Assembly (NCBI RefSeq): GCF_036321535.1
Contig: NC_087437.1
Location: 28,274,001 to 28,338,000 of the forward strand
Direction: 5' to 3'
DNA from: Camelus dromedarius
Taxonomy: Eukaryota
Length of the DNA: 64,000 nucleotides
Position numbers and translations under genes: made by a program. The notes beneath the pieces are model-generated. The model was not told the origin of the DNA, made no database searches, and worked only from the letters and a program-made list of their open reading frames with translations. Positions 61,262-64,000 of the stretch are shown here, piece by piece (position 1 is the stretch's first letter; every line of letters starts with the position of its first letter).

Positions 61262-62466
61262 ATTTTTAATTGAAGTATAATTGACCATGATGTGTCTAGT
61301 TACCATATGTCACTATACAATGATATTACAATGTAATTGACTATGTCCCCCATACTGTACATTTCATCCCCTTGACTCATTTATTTTGTAACTGGAAGTT
61401 TGTACTTCTTAATCTCCCTCACCTATTTTACTAATCCCCCTATCTCTCTTTCCTCTGGCAACCATCTGTTTGTCCTTTGCATCTATGAATCTGTTCTGTT
61501 TTGTTATGTTTGTTCATTTGTTTTGCTTTTTAGATTCAACATACGAGTGAAATCATATGTTATTTGTTTTGCTCTGACTTATTTCACTTAGCATAATACC
61601 CTCTAGGTCCATCCATATTGTCACAAATGGCAAGATTTCATTCTTTTTTTATATATCAAGTTTACTTACCCATTCATCTATTGATGGGTTCTTTCTGTAT
61701 CTTGGCTATCATGAATAATGCTGCAATGAACATAGGGATGCATATATTTTTTTGAATTCATGTTTTTGTTTACTTTGGATACATACCCAGAAGAATTGCT
61801 GGTCATGTGATAGTTCTATTTCTAATTTTTTGAGGTACCTCCATGCTGTTTTCCATAGTGGCTGCCCCAATTTACATTCCCACCAACAGTACACAAAGGT
61901 TCTCTTTTATCCACATCCTCGCCAACATTTGTTATTTATTGTCTTTTTGATAATAGCCATTCTGACAGATGTGAGGAGATAACTCCTTATGGTTTTGATT
62001 TGCATTTCCCTGATGATTAGTGTTGTTGAGCATCTTTTCAAGCATCTGTTGGTCATCTGCATGTCTTCTTGGAAAAAATGGACTATTCAGGTCCTTTGCC
62101 CATTTTTTGATTGGGTTGTTTGTTTTTTTGATGTTGAGTTCTATGAGTTCTTTGTATATTTTCGGTATTAACCTCTTACCAAATATATCATTTGCAAATA
62201 TCTCTTCCCATTCAGTAGGCTGCCTTTTCCTCTTGTTGATAGTTTCCTTAGCTGTGGAAAAGCTTTTTAGCCTGATATAGGCCCACTTGTTTATTTTTGC
62301 TTTTGTTTCCCTTGCCTGAGGAGACACACCCACAAAAAAAATTGCTAAGGCCAATGTCAAAGACCATACTGTCCATGTTTTCTTCTAAGAGGTTTATGGT
62401 TTCAGATCTTACATTTAGGTTTTTAATCCATTTTAAATTCATCTCTGTATATGGTGTGAGAAAGTG
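61262..62466 (-). mobile_element. 5'-truncated L1 (L1MA9-like): 3' UTR and ORF2 C-terminus
   Basis: ORF 61932-62360 gives [45 protein letters not shown] (L1 ORF2); frameshifted. Confidence 0.95.
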
Positions 62467-62534
62467 TACGGTGGTTTTGTACTTAGGAATTCTACTTTAT
62501 TAGTTTTACTAAAGATTGTTGTAAGAACTTAGTT

Positions 62535-63310
62535 GTATGTTGATCAAACCTGCAGATGAAAATTTTGATAGCAACAGATAATATCTTGACTGAAAAAATA
62601 GTGATCATAACAGATTGAAACAAGGAGCTACCTATACCCAGATGTCATCAAATAGGAGTTTAATGAAAAGTTCTAACGGTGGTACACAATACCATTTACA
62701 CAGCTGTAAAATATGGGTTTCTTGGCTTAGTAGTCTAGGTATGAAGTTCATTAGGTGTTATCTGACAGTAAACTCGATATAAGACTCCACTTTGCATAGC
62801 ATTTGCCAAAAAAATTTATTTATATCATTATGCATTAATCAGAAAACATGCCTAGAAGAAGGGCGGGTATCTGGATACAACATTCAGATAGTGTGCTGTT
62901 CTGTGTTGTGTTGTATTGAAAGTTGAATTTCAGAGAAACTTTCACAAATTGGAGCATGTCTAAAGGAACCCAACCAGAATGGTGAGGAGGTTGAAATCAT
63001 CACAAAAGTAAAAGCTATAGGAAATGGACTATTTAATCAGGTGTCTTCAAATGTTTGAAGGGATGACCTGAAGTTTTAACCTTGCTTGTAGCACTAATAT
63101 TGGTTCAAGATTAAATAAACAAACCAAACTCACAAAGGAATAAAGAAACAAACAAACCATTAGAGTTGACTCAAAAGAGAATTAGCTGAATTAGGTGTAC
63201 ATTCATTATCATCCGGATGTTAAAAGAAAGACAATGAAGTCATTCAGGGGGTGGAAGTTAAACTAAGTATTTCCTAAGATCCCTTCCCTGTAAAATTCTA
63301 AGATTCTTAA
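62535..63310 (+). mobile_element. L3/CR1 LINE fossil
   Basis: ttgatcaaacctgcagatga (LIKFADD-like RT motif), acaaattggagcatgtctaaaggaacccaaccagaatggtgagg, terminal aagatcccttcc...aagattct. Confidence 0.7.
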
Positions 63311-63349
63311 TTTTCTAGATTTCAGATGCCAGGCTGTTGATGAGGTTTA

Positions 63350-63830
63350 AAGGAAATGCCTCACTTCCAAGCCCTTTGCATTGACATTGCCTATTCCTTC
63401 ATAATCTGGCTCTTACCCACATATCCACCTTTGCCCTCCAGTATGCCAGTCTTGCATCTTACAAAACTGGGGATACTTGATCATTCCTTACCTACAGAAA
63501 CAACAATTTCATGTTGTTAAATCTAATAATATAAATTTTCTCCAAGCATGTTTTAAATATTCCAACATCTAGGCACATATGGTTCCATTTCTCCAACATG
63601 AGAAAACTCTCCAGGACACTGTCTCTCCACCTCTGCTTATTTAAAGGCTACCTTTCTTTTGAAGTTTAAATTGTCCACTCATCCATGAAGCCTTCTTTAG
63701 TCATTCCACCAATCTGATTGTATCTACTTCTGCACATCTTTAGAGTTTTTCATCCAAGACAAATGATATTGATTCATATGGTTATTTGCCTTTTCCTATA
63801 TAAGCCCTGGTTCTTAGGAGTGTCATAACC
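63350..63830 (+). mobile_element. L2 fragments
   Basis: gccctttgcattgacattgcc; cactcatccatgaagccttcttt. Confidence 0.5.
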
Positions 63831-64000
63831 CGGCTTACTCCCAGCTACTGTGTGCCTTCCTGCACATCAGGGGGTCAACATATATAGCTGCTGATGGTAA
63901 GGCCACAAAGTCCAGGAGTGGCCAACCACTCTGCCTCTGAAAGAACTGATTCTGAATGAAACAATATAATGAGATAATTCCTCACAGATTTTCTAACCCA

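Noticed and set aside
1..64000. ORF-track entries as genes; prokaryotic-type systems (operons, CRISPR, defence loci)
   Set aside because: ORFs are short, many start at GTG/TTG, and most overlap repeats. There is no gene-dense architecture or repeat-spacer array; the DNA is mammalian.

Overview
AT-rich, CpG-depleted mammalian non-coding DNA. It is most likely camelid, because a tRNA-Ala-derived SINE at 46417-46529 matches the camelid Vic-1 SINE as I recall it. I found no intact protein-coding gene, rRNA, true tRNA, CRISPR array or prokaryotic system. The ORF track is explained by decayed L1 ORF2, microsatellites and chance. Much of the window is interspersed repeat: L1, L2, L3/CR1, MIR, MaLR/ERVL/ERV1 LTRs and MITEs. 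Family names are from visual recognition, not a database search, and boundaries are approximate unless a target-site duplication (TSD) fixes them. The most unusual structure is an L1 at 27504-30348 in which about 4 kb of ORF1/ORF2 is absent and a CpG-rich RPS16 coding fragment plus an old MIR-like segment sit in its place. Other notable items: a 98-bp orphan polyadenylated retrocopy with a perfect 15-bp TSD, a head-plus-tail-only SINE remnant, a 167-bp purine/pyrimidine tract with 12 TACGTG cores, a probable fossil Tigger transposase C-terminus, and a candidate minus-strand terminal exon of an unidentified gene. I cannot support a claim of a wholly new biological system.
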